From NCBI RefSeq assembly GCF_009914755.1, contig NC_060932.1: a stretch of 64,000 bases of DNA, one strand, 5' to 3'. The notes under the pieces were generated by a model, which was not told the DNA's origin, searched no databases, and saw nothing but the letters and a program-made list of their open reading frames with translations. The DNA is from the human T2T-CHM13v2.0 reference genome, Homo sapiens. The position numbers and the translations under genes are program-made. Of the stretch, positions 42,833 to 58,544 are shown piece after piece. Position 1 is the stretch's first letter, and each line of letters opens with the position of its first letter.

Positions 42833-43909
42833 AAAAAAAATTTTTTTATTATACTTTTAAGTTCTGGGATATGTGTGCAGAACATGCAGGTTTGTTACGT
42901 AGGTATACACGTGCCATGGTGGTTTGCTGCACCTATCAACCCGTCATCTACATTAGGTATTTCCCCTAATGCTATCCCTCTCCTAGCCCCCTTAACCCTG
43001 ACGAGCCCCGGTGTGTGATGTTTCCCTCCCTGTGTCCATGTGTTCTCATTGTTCAACTCCCACTTAACGCATGAGAACATGCAGTGTTTGGTTTTCTGTT
43101 CCTGTGTTAGTTTGCTGAGAAGCATGGTTTCTAGCTTCATCCATGTCCCTGCAAAGAACATAAACTCATCCTTTCTTCTGGCTGCATAGTATGCCATGGT
43201 GTATATGTGCCACATTTTCTTTATCCAGTCTATCATTGATGGGCATTTGGGTTGGTTCCAAGTCTTTGCTATTGTGAACAGTGCTGCAATAAACATACTC
43301 GTTCATGTGCTTTGTAGTAGAATGATTTATAATCCTTTGGGTATATATCCAGTAATGGGATTGCTGGGTCAAATGGTATTTCTGGTTCTAGATCCTTGAG
43401 GAATCGTTATACAGTCTTCCACAATGGGTGAACTAATTTACACTCCCACCAACAGTGTAAAAGTGTTCCTATTTCTGCACATTTTCTCTAGCATCTGTTG
43501 TTTCCTGACTTTTTAATGATTGCCATTCTAACTGGTGTGAGATGGTATCTCATTGCGGTTTTGATTTGCATTTCTCTAATGACCAGTTATGATGAGCTTT
43601 TTTCATCATAAAAATGATGTTTGTTGGCCGCATAAATGTCTTCATGATTAAAACACCAAAAGCAATGGCAACAAAAGCCAAAATTGACAAATGGGATCTA
43701 ATTAAGCTAAAGAGCTTCTGCACAGCAAATGAAACTATCATTTGAGTGAACAGGCAGCATACAGAGTGGGAGAAAATTTTTGCAATCTATCCATCTGACA
43801 AAGGGCTAATATCCAGAATCTACAAAGAACTTAAACAAATTAACCAAAAAAAGACAAACAACACCATCAAAAAGTGGGAGAAGGATACGAACAGACACTT
43901 CTCAAAAGA
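42833..43909 (-). mobile_element. L1PA7/8-like LINE-1 with 5' inversion (twin priming)
   Basis: Minus-strand 3' part 42841-43643, plus-strand part 43640-43909; junction microhomology CTTC; TSD gagcaaatt (42824-42832)/gagtaaatt (43908-43916). Confidence 0.92.
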
Positions 43910-44979
43910 GTAAATTTTTGTATAATGTATGAAGCATATATAGAGGTTTCTTTTTTATATAAATGAATGTCGAATTGTTCTAGCACTATTTGTTTAAAAA
44001 ACCCTTCTACATTGCAAATGACTTTGAACTTTTGTAAAATGTCAGTTTTCTATAGTTTTGTGGGTTTGTTTCTGGGCCCACTATTTGGTTCTATTGACTT
44101 TTGTGTCTATCCTTTAACCAACATCACAGTATCTTGTAGATACTGTGAAATCAAGGGGCATGAGTTTTCTAACTTTTTCTTCCCTTTCATATTATTTTGG
44201 CTTTTCTGCTTCCTTATATTTGCCGTATAAATTTTAAAACTGTCTCATTGCTATGTGCATAAAACTTTTCGGGAATTTTTATTGGGATTGTGTTGAATTT
44301 CTAGATCAAGTTGGTATCTTAACATTGAGTCTTGCAATTGAGGAAAGAGATATATGTCTACTTAGATCTTTTAAAAGTTTCAAAAGTGTTGTTTTTGTGG
44401 TTTTCAACATAAAGATTCTGACTGCATTCCTTTAGATGTATACGTAAGTGCCTCTTACATTTTTTTGTGCTATTTAAAGCCATATTCTTGGCTTTGGATG
44501 CTCTTTCAGTATTGTTCAGCCTCGTCTGTTCAGGTGGTTCTTTCTTGGCCTTAGGTAGTTTCTTTGGATTTCTGTCAATTTTCAATTACCTCTCTATGTG
44601 ACTTTCTCCTTCTGTGAAGCTCTGTTTTGTCAGTACTGTAACCTCTCCAATTTTTTGCCTCCGTCCCTTCAACTCAGTGGCCTGCAGGTTCTGTTTTGGT
44701 TTCGCTCACTGCACTGTAGCCTTTGCGGGCAGGAAGCCGGGGCAGTCATAGTACTCACTTAGTTTGCTTCCCTTCCTGTAGTGATTCTGTACTGCACTGA
44801 CTCTTGATTAATGTCTGAAAAACAGTTGTTTTATATGTTTTCATCTCTTTTATCATTGCTTAAGGAAGGAGGGTAACTCTAGTTCTCACTACCCCATTAT
44901 GGCTGAAAACAGAATTTTCAACTACAGTTTTCAACATGCTTTATATGCAATAAAATTGTACAATGTAACCTTTTCCCCT

Positions 44980-45370
44980 GCCTCTACTTCAGCCACACTG
45001 AACTTTATTTAGTCTTTCACACATACTAAGATAACTGCCAAAGGGCCCTTGTAGATAGTCTTTTCTTTGGTTAAAATGCTTTTTCCTCTTATTGTCTGCT
45101 TAATTCCTGCTCATCCTTCAGATCACAGTGCAGTCATCGTTTCTTCACTGGAAGTTTTCTTTGACTTCCTTACGTTGTCAAATCTCCTGTTGTAACAGGT
45201 CTTCATGACGTTTACCTCATGTTTCATTTTACACTTATTTGTATAACTATTTGATGCCTATATGTCTCCTCCTCTAAACTGTAATAAGCATTGGAGCTAT
45301 AGCTGTCTTTGCTTACCTTTTTATCCAAAGTGGCTGGTGTAAAGTAGGTGCTCATCAAATATTTGTGAGA
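44980..45370 (+). mobile_element. L2 3' region
   Basis: 'cttcagccacactgaact...tcctgctcatccttcagatc...gtaggtgctcatcaaatatttg'. Confidence 0.7.
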
Positions 45371-46729
45371 TAGATAGACAAATTGAGATTACCTCCGTAT
45401 TTGTCTTTTTACTACGTTTCATTATTTCCAAACCTTCTTTAACATATAATGCACCAATAAGTAATTATACCTTTTCTGTTATACCATTACAATTTTCTAT
45501 ATCTCACCACAATAAGATTAACAAAAGAACAACTGTTCTATCAAATTGTAACAACATTCAGAGAAAACTAATTTAAGTCATATTAAATAAACTACTTATG
45601 GGAGAATTCTGCAATGAATTAGGGCTCTGAAATTGCCATTTGCTCATCACAGATGCAATAAAGCACAACTTGGCACGATCGGTCAAACAGAAACTGACTC
45701 ATGAGGGATATCAGATTTCCTCGCTTCCATTTTGTTTTCATCTTTCTAGTTTGTTTGAAAACTTATAAAAACCATATGATAAGTTTTCAAATAAAATTTA
45801 TGGTAGTTCCATGCTGACTTCTTGCCCCCTATAGTTTGTGCTTTTATTTCAGGACTATAGTGCTGGTATCAAAAACAAAATCCTAAGGAATATTCTTACT
45901 TTGTACCTAACATTATAAATTCAATGACAAATCTGGTGGCTTTTTTTTTTAATGTGGTGACTCTATCACTTTCATTTCACTAATTGATGCTAAAAAATAA
46001 CCTACTGGATAAGAGTAGTTGTTATTTTTACTGAAATAGTTGCCAGAGAACCACTGGATATTTTCTATAGTAAAGGAAAGAGCACAAAAATTTATTTATT
46101 TTTCCCATTTTTTGTTATAACTCAGGATATCCCTCCAAAGTTAAGTCATTACTATTTTCCATCTAAAATAGAGACAAATTTTAATTTGAATTAATCTCAA
46201 ATTTAGCAAATAGTCCCAAAGTTAAAAATAAAATTTGAGATCTATTGAGACATACATGTAAAAGGTTTTCTTTCCCTGTGCTTTTGTTCACTATCTGAGA
46301 AATCTGAGAAATAATTGCTAGTTACCTTCCCAGCAGAAAAATTATGAGGATTATTAAAATAATATATGTAAATTACTTTGCTATCAGAAGCCCTGGATAC
46401 CTGCGTAATATATTACACTGCTAAAAACTTTTATTAGTAGACTTTAAATTTTATCTTAATGCTCAAATAAGTAATTCCCATATATAGCCCAATGTATTGG
46501 ACCTGATTTTTTTTTATAAGTAGACAGGTGCTGTGCTGCTTTAATTAATTTGAATGGACACCAATTTAAAATTTTCTAGGTGAGAAAACATGGTGGTTTT
46601 AATGTTAATGAAATCTGATATAGTTAGAAACTTGGTCTGCATTTCACTGGGGTCTCTATCTGTTTTGAATGCAGTACTCTTATCTACTCATTCTGATCTC
46701 CTAAAAGAAATACAACATTCTTGGTGATG

Positions 46730-46915
46730 TACTATTGTAAAGCACCTGGGTTTGGGAATCATACATGTCTGGGTTCAAATTCAACATTTGACATACGTTA
46801 ACTGTGTTACCTAGAACAAGTTCCTTTTTTCCCCCAAGCCTATGTTCCTTCTTTGTCAAATGGGTGATAATCCAGGACGTCCAGATTAGTGATCTCTGTA
46901 TAAAACATTGAATAG
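46730..46915 (+). mobile_element. MIR SINE, possibly interrupted by the adjacent L1MA3
   Basis: 'tctgggttcaaattc...actgtgttacctagaacaagtt...ctttgtcaaatgggtgataat'. Confidence 0.7.
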
Positions 46916-46924
46916 AGGAAGAAA

Positions 46925-49900
46925 GTGCAGGAAGCAGCTGAATAGAAGCCTCTACCAATCATACTCTCTGCAGGAACAGCAAATTTAACAAGTATTTACA
47001 CAAGAAAAGCACCTTCAGAAGAACCAGAAATCAGGAGAATGATCGCAGTACCTGGTGTTTAACTTCATATCACTGAAAGAAGCACTGAAGAGGGTAGGAA
47101 AGATAGTCTTGAATTACCAACACCATCCCTGCCCCATTCCCAGGCATTTGTGTGTAGTGCAGAGAATCTGTGCACTTGTGAGAGAGATGGCACAGTGGCT
47201 GTGGGACTTTGCACTGGAATTCATTGCAGCCCTGTCACAGCAGAAAGAAACACTGGACAAATTCAGCTGATACCTGTGGCGGGAGCATTTAGATAAACCC
47301 TAGCCAGAGGGGAATCCCAGAGGTCAGAATCTGAATTCTGTCAAGCCTTGCCACTGTGGGCTAAAATGCTCTGGGGTTCTAAATAAACTTGAAAGGCTAT
47401 TTAGACCACAAGGACTGCAATTTCTAGGCAAGTCCTAGTGCTGTGCTATGCTTGGAGCCAGTAGAGTGGGGGCATCACAACCTAGTGAGACATGAACTGG
47501 GGTAGCTAAAGGAGTGCTTGCGCCATCTTTCCCCCAACCCCAGGCAGCACAGCTTGCAGCTCCTAAAGAGACTCCCTCCTTCCACTTGAGGAGAGGAGCA
47601 GGGAGAGTAAAGAGGACTTTGTCTTGGAACTTGGATACCAGCTCAGCCGCAGTAGGATAGGGCAGCAGGCAGAATCCTGAGGTACTCACTCCAGGGCTTA
47701 GCTCTCAGATGACATTTCTAGATACACCCTGGACCAGAAGGGAACCCACTGCCTTAAATGGAAGGACCCAGTCCTGAAGAATTAATTACTTGAAGACTAA
47801 ATAGCCCTTGTACCCTGAATAATCAGCAGTGGTATCCAGACAGTACTTGCCATGGGCCTTGGGTGAGACTCTGAGACTTGCTGGCTTCAGGTGTGATCTA
47901 ACACAATACCAGCTATAGTGACTATGGAGAGAGATTCTTTCTGTTTTAGAAAAGCAGAGGAAAGAGAAAAGGAGACTGTCTTGCAGCTTAGGTACCACCT
48001 CAGCCACAGTGGGGTAGAGCACCAAGTGGGTGCTTAGAGTCCTCAATTCCAGGCCCTGGCTCTTAGATGGCTTTTCTGGACCTTCCCTGGGCTGGAGAGG
48101 AGCTGACTTCCATGAAGTGAGAGTCCCAAGCCTGGCAGAAATCACCACAAGCTGACTGAAGAGCCCCTGGAGCTTGAATGAACATCAGTAGTGGCCTGGC
48201 AGCATTTCCTGCGGGTCTGTTGTAGTGGTGGCCACGGCAAGAGACTCCTCAGCTTCTGAAATGGGGCAGGAAGAGTGGGAAGGACTTTGTCTTATGGCTT
48301 GGGTGCCAGCTCAGCCATAGTAGAATAGGTCACCAGGCAGATCCCTAAAGTTTTAATTCCAGGCCCTGACTCCCCCATAGCATCTTTGGACCCACTGGGG
48401 TGCACAGGAACTTGCTGCCCTGAAAAGGACACAAGACTGGCTGGCTTCATCACCTGCTGATTGTAGAGCCCTAAGGCCTTGAACTAACATAGGCAGTAGC
48501 CAAGTAGTGGTTAGAGTGGGCCTTGGGCGAGACCTACTGCTGTGCTGGCTTTAGCTCTGATGCAGCACAGTCCTAGGGGTGGAAGCCATGGGGGTGCTTT
48601 TCTCACCTCCTCCTCCAGCTCCAGGAAGCTCAGCACAGAATAAGATTCCATTTGTTTGGGAGACAGTAAGGAAGTGAAGAGAACAAGAATCTGCCTGGTA
48701 ATCCACAGAATTCTTCTAGATCTTATCCAAGACCACAAAGGCAGTACCTCTACAAGTCTACAAGAGCCACAATGTTACAGGGTTGGGGTGCACTCCAATG
48801 TAGATGTGGCTGCAGGGACCAAAAACAGATTATAACACCCAAATCCCTTTGAATGCCTGGAAAGTCTTCCCAAGAAGAATGGGTATAAACAAGCCTAGAC
48901 TGCAGAGACTAATAAATACCTAACTCTTCAATGTCCAGATACTGATGAGCATCCACAAGAATCCACAAGCATCAAGACTATCCAGGAAAACATATTCTCA
49001 CCAAATGGAACTAAATAATGAACCAGGAACCAATCCTGGAAAGATAGAGATATGTGACATTTCAAACAGAGAATTGGAAATAGCTGTTTTGAGGAAATAC
49101 AAGGAAATTCAAGATAACACAGAGAAGGAATTCAGAATTCTATCAGTTAAATTTAACAAAGAGATTGAAATAATTAAAAAAGAATCTAGCAGAAATTATG
49201 GAGATAATAATGCAATTTACCTGTTAAAGAATGCATCAGAGTCTCTTAATAGTGGAATAGATCAAATAGAAGAATTAATGAGCTTGAAGACAGGCTATTC
49301 GAAAATACACAGTCAAAGAAGACAAAACAGACAAAGACACATCAAAAAAAGAAAGCTACAGGTCAATATCCTTGAAGAACATTGATGCAAAAATCCTCAA
49401 CAAAATACTAGCAAACAGAATTCAACAACACATTAAAAAAGATCATTCATTGTGACCAAGTGGGATTTATCCCCAAAATGCAAGGATGGTTCAACATATG
49501 CAAATCAATCAATGCGTTACCTCATATCAACAGAATGAAGGGTAAAAACCATATGATCATATCATCTGATGCTGAAAAAGCATTTGATAAAATTCAAAAT
49601 TCCTTCATGATAAAGAAACCCTCGAAAACTGCATATAGAAGGAACATATCTCAACTTAATAAAAGCCATATATGACAGACCCACAGCTGGTATCATACTG
49701 AATAGGGAAAAACTGAAAGCCTTTCCTCTAAGATGTGGAACACTACAAGGATGCCCACTGTCACCACGGTTATTCAATGTAGTACTGGAAGTCTGAGCTA
49801 GAGCAATCAGACAAGTGAAAGAAATAAGAGGCATCCAAATTGGAAAGGAATAAGTCCAATTCTCTTTGTTTGCAGCTGATATAATCTTATACATAAAAAA

Positions 49901-51707
49901 AAAAAACTGAAGACTCAACCAAAAAACTATTAGAACTAATAAACAAATTCAGTAAAGTTGTAGGATACAAAATCAACATACAAAAATCAGTAGCATTTCT
50001 GTATGACAACAGTGAATAATCTGAAAAAGAAATAAAGAAGCAATTTCATTTACAATAACTACAAATAAAATAAAATACCTAGGAATTAAACAGAGAAAAG
50101 AAAGATATCTATAATGAAAACAATAGAACACTGATGAAATAAATTGAAGAGGACACACAAGAAATGGAAGAATATTTCATGTTCATGAACTAGAAAAATA
50201 AAGATTATTAAAATATTCATACTACACAAAGCAATCCATAGATTCAAGGCAACACTTATCAAAATGACATTTTTCAAAGAAATAGAAAAATAATCCTAAA
50301 ATGTACATAGAATAACAAAGACCCAGAATAGCTAAAGCTATCCTGAGCAAACAAAACAAAACTGGAGGAATGACATTAACTGACTCCAAATAATACTACA
50401 GAGCTAAAGTAACCAAAACGTCATAGTAGTTGATACAAACAGACACATAGACCAATGAAACTGAATAAAGAACCTAGAAACAAATCTACACTTCTACAGT
50501 GAACTCATTTTCATCAAAGGTGCCAAGAACATATATTGGGGAAAGGACAGTCTCTTCAACAGATGTTGCTGGGAAAACTGTATATCCATATGCAGAAGAA
50601 TGAAATTAGACCCCTATCTCTTACCATATACAAAAATTAAATCAAAATGGATTAAAGATTTAAATCTAAGACCTTAAACTATGAAACTACTACAGGAAAA
50701 CATTGAAGAAACTCTCTAGGACGTTGGACTGGGCAAAAGTTTCTTGCACAGGCAACCAAAGCAAAAATGGACAAATGGGATCATATCAAGTTAAAAAGCT
50801 TCTGCACAATAAAGTAAACAGCCAAGAAAGTGAAAAGGCCACCTACAGAATGGGAGGAAATATTTACAAACTGTCCGTCCGACAAGGGACTAATAACCAG
50901 AATATATAAGGAGCTTAAACAACTCTATAGGAAAAGAAAATCTAATAATCCAATTAAAAATGGGCAAAAGATCTGAATAGACATTTCTCAAAAAAAGGCA
51001 TAAAATTGACAAATGGGCATATGAAAAGGTTCTCATCATTAATCATCAGAGAAATGCAAATCAAAACTACAATGTGGTATCATTTCATCCAAGTTAAAAT
51101 GACTTTTATCCAAAAAGACAGGCAACCTAAGTGTCTATTAACAGACGAATGGATAAAGAAAATGTGTCACATATACACAATGGAGTACTATTCAGCCATA
51201 AAAAATAATTAGATCCTGTCATTTGCAACAACATGGATGGAACTGTAGGTCATTATGTTAGATGAAATAAGCCAGGCAGAAAACAACAAACTTCACATGT
51301 TCTCATTTATTTGTGGGAGGTAAAATTAAAACAAACTCACGGAGAAAGAGAATAAAAGGATGGTTACCAGAGGCTGGGATGGGTAGTGGGGTGGTGGGGA
51401 TGGGGAAAGTGTGAATGGTTAATGGGTACACAAAAACTAGAAAGAATGAGTAAGATCTAATATTTGATATCACAACAGGGTGGGTTATTACAGTCAATAA
51501 TTTAATTATACATTTAAAAGTAACTAAAATAATATAATTGGATTTTTTGTAACACAAAAGATAAATGCTTGAGGTAATGGATATTCCATTTACCCTGATG
51601 TGATTATTATGTATTGCATACCTGTATCAAAATATCTCATATATGCCATAAATATATACAACTACTGTGTACCCAGAAAAGTTGAAAATTTAAAATTAAA
51701 AAAAAAT
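46925..51707 (+). mobile_element. L1MA3-like LINE-1 with both ends but large internal deletions
   Basis: L1M1-type 5'UTR of ~2 kb; ORF1 remnant 48945-49325; ORF2 RT remnant ([12 protein letters not shown]); L1MA2/3 3'UTR; A tail. Confidence 0.88.
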
Positions 51708-51879
51708 TGCATGCTTGAAAGAGAAAAAAACACTGTATGTAAAGAGAAAGTTCATTAAGTGGCAGTTATTATGACTGATAATTGTACTATGCATGCGATA
51801 AGGTGAGGTGGTCATAGTATCGACTGTATGGAAGTGAAAAGAACCAATACCTTTAGAGAGTTTGCTGTGTTTGGTCACC

Positions 51880-52040
51880 ACATAATTTATAGGCATTATT
51901 TTATGAAATTCTCACCAAACTATAATGTTGTCGTTTTATTTCCCATTTTATAGATGTGGAAAATGGGGGTAAGTTAATTTGCTCAAAGCAGAGTCAGGGC
52001 TTGAATGTAGATCTGTTGGATTTCAAAGTCTGAGAAACAA
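51880..52040 (-). mobile_element. MIR SINE
   Basis: 'ttcccattttatagatgtggaaaatggg...taatttgctcaaag'. Confidence 0.65.
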
Positions 52041-53216
52041 ACTCTATATCTGAAATTGAATTGCTTCTCCTTGTTTTTAAATTTCTTTGAAAATAAATGA
52101 CACAGATGATGTCTGAACTTAGATATCTCTTTTTCTTATAGCCAGGTTTCTTCATTTTCTGTTGCATCAAGTTAATAGATTTTGAGGTTGAAAGCAGTTT
52201 CATGGCTTTGGTTAAATAGAAAAATGTAGGATACCTTTAAAATCTGCTTAAATTGTTTTAAATAATTTTGAATATTTATTTATCACCATCAGTTGTCACT
52301 CAAGTTATAGTGAGAGACAGCAGAGCAATTGCCTTGATTCCAAATATATTTTCCTAGGAAATGTGAGTGATTTGCAATTTATGTAAGAAGAGTCGTAGAG
52401 CTAATAACTATTCCATTTTCCTTCTGAAAGTTTCCTTTCTAGTGTTAAGACGTATACATAGTTAGATCATCTCTAATATTCATGATATCTGCATGTCACC
52501 TCTCCTTCTGGAATGCTAATTTATAATTGTCAAACACTTGTTAGATTAAAAAAACGCTCTCAAATTCTTACAATCTTGCTCCTATATTTATTATAAATTA
52601 CTAAATAGATAAGGAGCATTGAATACAGCAAAGGGGAAATACCAATTGGAATATCTGGTAAAGAGTTCATAAATTGGACTTAACATCTCTGCTCAACACT
52701 TACAAATTTACAGACTTAATGATGCCTTAATGAAAAAGGTGCACGAAAGAGGTCTAAGGAAGACTATATGACTTTAATACTGCTTAAATTTGAGTCAAAA
52801 TAATATGTGTGCCTGCCTTAAAAATCGATTTGTTCTCAAAGCATTATTAAAAATAGTATTCCTTGACTTTCTTCTAGTTAATTCTGTCCTTAAGACACAA
52901 TAAAACATTTAACTCTTTAGATACTCATTTCTAGAATTCATCTCTATATTTCCAGATAATATAGTTATCATTTCTTAATTTATAAATTTTGATACTATCT
53001 TGACTTTTTTGATAGCAGAGAATTTAGATCACTTCTGCCAACCCTTATCCTTCTTCCTATTCGATTTTATTTGGAGCAGTATTTTAGGTAAATCAATAAG
53101 CAATGTTTACATGCTTATTACCACATAAATATCATTTGCTTCGGAGTCAAGTTAGTCTTACGTTTATACGCCTTTTTTTTTTAACAGCTCCTTGTTTTGC
53201 CAATAGTTTGTAACAA

Positions 53217-54547
<1,331 letters not shown>

Positions 54548-55239
54548 TTTTCCAGGTCGATTTGTCATGATTACATATTTAATTATTTTTCAAATATACC
54601 TTTATACTAGGATTTTTTTCTTAAGTTATCTCCCCAGCCCCATGCACTGTCTTTTTTTTCCCCCTTGGAGCGCTTTCTTCCAGACCTAAAAGGAGAGTAT
54701 TTGATCATGTTAAGTAATTAATCACTTGTTTGTAAGCTACAGGAGGATGTGGACAATGCTTATATTTGTTCACCTTTATATTCGCAAATCCTCATGTAGT
54801 GTTTGGCATATAGCATAACCCACTCTCAGCACATGTTTTTGGAATTAATGGATAAGTAGTGTGGTTTAAATACATGAACTGAGAGGGAGCTAAATACCGC
54901 ACCATTCCTCACAAGTCTTCAAATGATATCAGTATTAAACAATTAAACAGATGTTGTTTAAAAAGTATTTTTAAAGTTTTGCTCTATTCTTTGTTATTTC
55001 CAAGGAGGTTAGCAGTTCTTTTTATAAAATATTTTCGTCACAGAAGCGGGACAATATCACAGCACTGGATAAGTCTAGCTTTCTCTCTTCTGTACCCTGG
55101 CACCTGTGTAGTTAAACTGGCTGACTAGCTTAGTTTAAACTCAATCATGAAGCTCTTCATGGACCCTCAATGCTGCTATGTATTCATATTCTTCTATCCT
55201 AGTTCACTGTTTTTATTCCTCTATTCTTGCATCTTACAA

Positions 55240-58200
55240 AGTCATGAGTTAAAAGGAAGAATATTACTGGTGCTGGATTTTTCATCAGAGATCATGGTCT
55301 CCTCATGGAGGCCAGAGGACAGTGAGACAATATCTTTAAAGAGCTGAAAGGAAAAATCTGTCAAATTGCATCTATATCCAATGAAAATATCCTCCAAGAA
55401 TAAAGGTGATATAAAGACATTCTTAGTTTAAGGGAAACTAAAAATATGCCATGAGCAAATCTGTTCTAAAAGAAATTTATAGAAGTTTGTCAGGCTAAAA
55501 GCAAATGACACCAGTGGAAAACTCAGAACTTTGGGGAAAAAAGAAAAGCAAGTAGAATAGTAAATATCTGAGTAACTATAATAGACCATCTTTATCCTCT
55601 TAATTGTAAAAAATATATATTACTGTTGAAAGAACATTTATGACATCATCTGGTAGTGTTTCATTATGTTCAGATGAAACATAACTTTAAATAAAAGGGC
55701 AAAGTTTAAGTGACTCACATGGTTGTAAGCTTTCTGCATTTGGCTTTAAGTAAAATATTAAATTTAAGTAAATTGTGAATATTTTTGGCATGTATATTTT
55801 AATTATTTGAACAATTAGAACAATAAGAATAAAGATATAGTTGAAAATATTTAAAATCAAATAGACTTAAAAAGTCAGGAGAGACAGAAAAACAAAAATT
55901 AGAGGAAACAAACAGAGGACAAATAGGCAAATTTGTAGGCCTTAGTTCAATCATTCTAAATACAATAAATGTAAATGATCTAAACATTCTAGTTAACAGA
56001 GATCGTCAGACTGAATACAAAAAATTCTAACAGACATTGAAAGAAGACATAATACCACATTCAAAGTCTGTTTCAGAAAATGGAAAAGGAGAGAACATTT
56101 CCCAAGTTATATTTGACCTGCATCACTTTGATACCAAAACCAAAGACATTACAAGAAAAAAATAAGCCCTCATAAACCTCACTACAGAAATGCACAACAA
56201 AATATTAGCAAATATAAACTAGGGATACATAAAAAGGATAATACATCATGACCAAGTGGAATTTATCCCAGGTATTGAAGGCTAGTTCAATATTTGGAAA
56301 TTAATCATTAATTTACCACAAAAATAGAATAAAGAAGAAAAACACATGATCATATCAGCAGGTACAGAAAGACCACTTGAAAATTTATCTTCTATTCTTG
56401 ATAAAAAAATTTTCAGCAAAGTAAAAATATAAAAAAAATTCCTTAAACTTATATAGGGCATCTACAAAAAACCCTGCATCTAAAATCATACTTAATGATA
56501 AAAGAGTGAATGCTTTCCTAGGTTCAGAATCAACAGCAGGATATTCATTCCTATTCTTAACCATCCTGGAAGGCCTAGTTAGTCAAAAAAGACAAGAAAG
56601 AGAAAAATAAAGCATGTTACTGAAAGAAGAAATAAAACTTTATTTAGGCATGACATGTTTGTGCATGTAGAAAGTCTCAGAGAAACTCTAAAAAGTTTTA
56701 GAACTAATAAATGAGGAAGCTCTCAGTATATAAGGTAAATACACAAAAATTCTATTTCTACATACTAGCAACGAATAACTGGAAAACAAAAACTAAAAAC
56801 AATGCCGTTTGCAAGAATATCAAAAGGTAAAATATTTAGATATAATGAAATATGTGCAAGATCTATATGTTACAAATTATGAGAAAAGAAAATTTAAAAG
56901 ACCTATAATTATGTAGAGATATAAAGATACCGGTTTTGTGGGTTGGATAATTCGTTGTTTCTAAGATATCAATTCTTCTCAAATGTATCTGCTGATTTAG
57001 CATAATCCCAATCAAAATACCAGGGGGCTATTTGTTGGTACTGGCAAGATATTTTTAAAAATGTATATGGAAAAGCAAGGAAACTATAATAGCCAAAATA
57101 ATTTTGATAAAAAATCAGCTGGAAGTCTCACACTACCTAACAAGATATACTCTGAAGTCACAGTAACCAAGACAGAGTGGTATTGGCAAAGAATGGATGC
57201 ATAGATCAATGGAATAGAACAAAGGACATAGTAACAGCCCCACAGTTATAAGGTCAATTGTGTTTATTTGACAAGAGTGCAAAAAAGAAAAAATAGTTTT
57301 TCAACAAATGATATTAGATTAATTGAACATTCAGATGCAAAAAAGAGAAGATTTTAAGGAAAAAGTAAAACTATAAAACTTTTAGGAAAAAAGTTTACAA
57401 TTTGTGGCTTGGGTTTTTGGCAAATAATTCTTAGAACACCCAAATTATGACCTAATAGGATAAAAATTGATAAATTGAACTACATAAAGATTAAATTTTT
57501 TTTGCTTAGAAAAGGACACAGTAAAGGCAATGAAATGACTTTACTAGGTCAGACTAGGAGAAAACATTTCCAAATCATATATCTGATAAGAAGCTTGTAT
57601 GAATATATAAATAACTAAAAATAATAATAAAAGTCAACAATCCCTGAAAAAATGTGCAAAAGATTTGAACAGGAAGTTCATCAAATATGAATAGCAAGTC
57701 AGCACATGAAATAGTGCTTAACATTTATAGTTATTAGGGATTTGCCAATTAAACCACAATGAGATACCCCTGCAAACCAACCAAAGCAAAACAACAATGA
57801 CAACAAAGTGCTTCAAGATACCAAGGGCTGATGAAGATACAAAGCAACCAGAACTCACATGCATTCCTGGTGGGAATTCGAAATTGCCCAGCCCCTTAGA
57901 AGAACCACTTGGCAATTTCTTTGACATAGTTAAACCTGTACTTGCCATGAGACCCAGCAATCCATCCCCAAGGTATTTAGTAAATACAATAAAAGTAAAT
58001 AAAAAAGTAAATTAAAATATGTATGCATGCTAAACTTGTACACAAATATTTATAGCAGCTTTTTTCATAACCACCAAAACCTGAAAATGACCCTAATGCC
58101 ATTTAAGTTGTGAATAGAAAAGCACATTTTGCTAATCTTTATCATGGAATGCCAGTCATCAAAAAAAAGTTTAATTAAAATAAGCCAGACTTAAAAGATA

Positions 58201-58420
58201 CATCCTATATAATTTTATTCATATAGACATTTTGCAAAAGGCAAAACTGTGGTTCAGGGAATAGATCAGTGGCCGCTAGGGTTAGGAGTTGAGTGAAAGG
58301 TTGACTGTGAGGAACTAATTTAAGAGAATTTGGTGGGATGACATTTGTTTGTGAATATGGTTATACGCATTAATTGCACACCAAAAAGAGTAAGTTTTAC
58401 TGTAAACTAAAACTAAATTA
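55240..58420 (+). mobile_element. Ancient L1 (L1MC/ME-like), ORF1 end through 3'UTR, highly degenerate
   Basis: 'tggaggccagaggacagtgagacaatatctttaaagagctgaaag', 'catcatgaccaagtggaatttatcccagg', 3'UTR 'aaaggcaaaactgtgg...agatcagtgg'. Confidence 0.8.
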
Positions 58421-58544
58421 CAAAAGATACACACAGCCAAACAAAACACACACATTTATGCACACACAAAATCAATGTCACTCTATTTTGAGCAAGATGT
58501 TAATAGAAAAGTTACATAGTTAACTTTCTTTTGGTTCAAAAGTA

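Larger units (their letters stand above)
39352..44915 (-). mobile_element. Old L1 (L1MD/L1ME-like) complex hosting several nested insertions
   Basis: 3'UTR at 39352-39900; degenerate ORF2 (41116-41385 KKKHMIILIEAEE...QQPFMI); L1M 5'-like sequence at 44500-44915. Confidence 0.75.
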
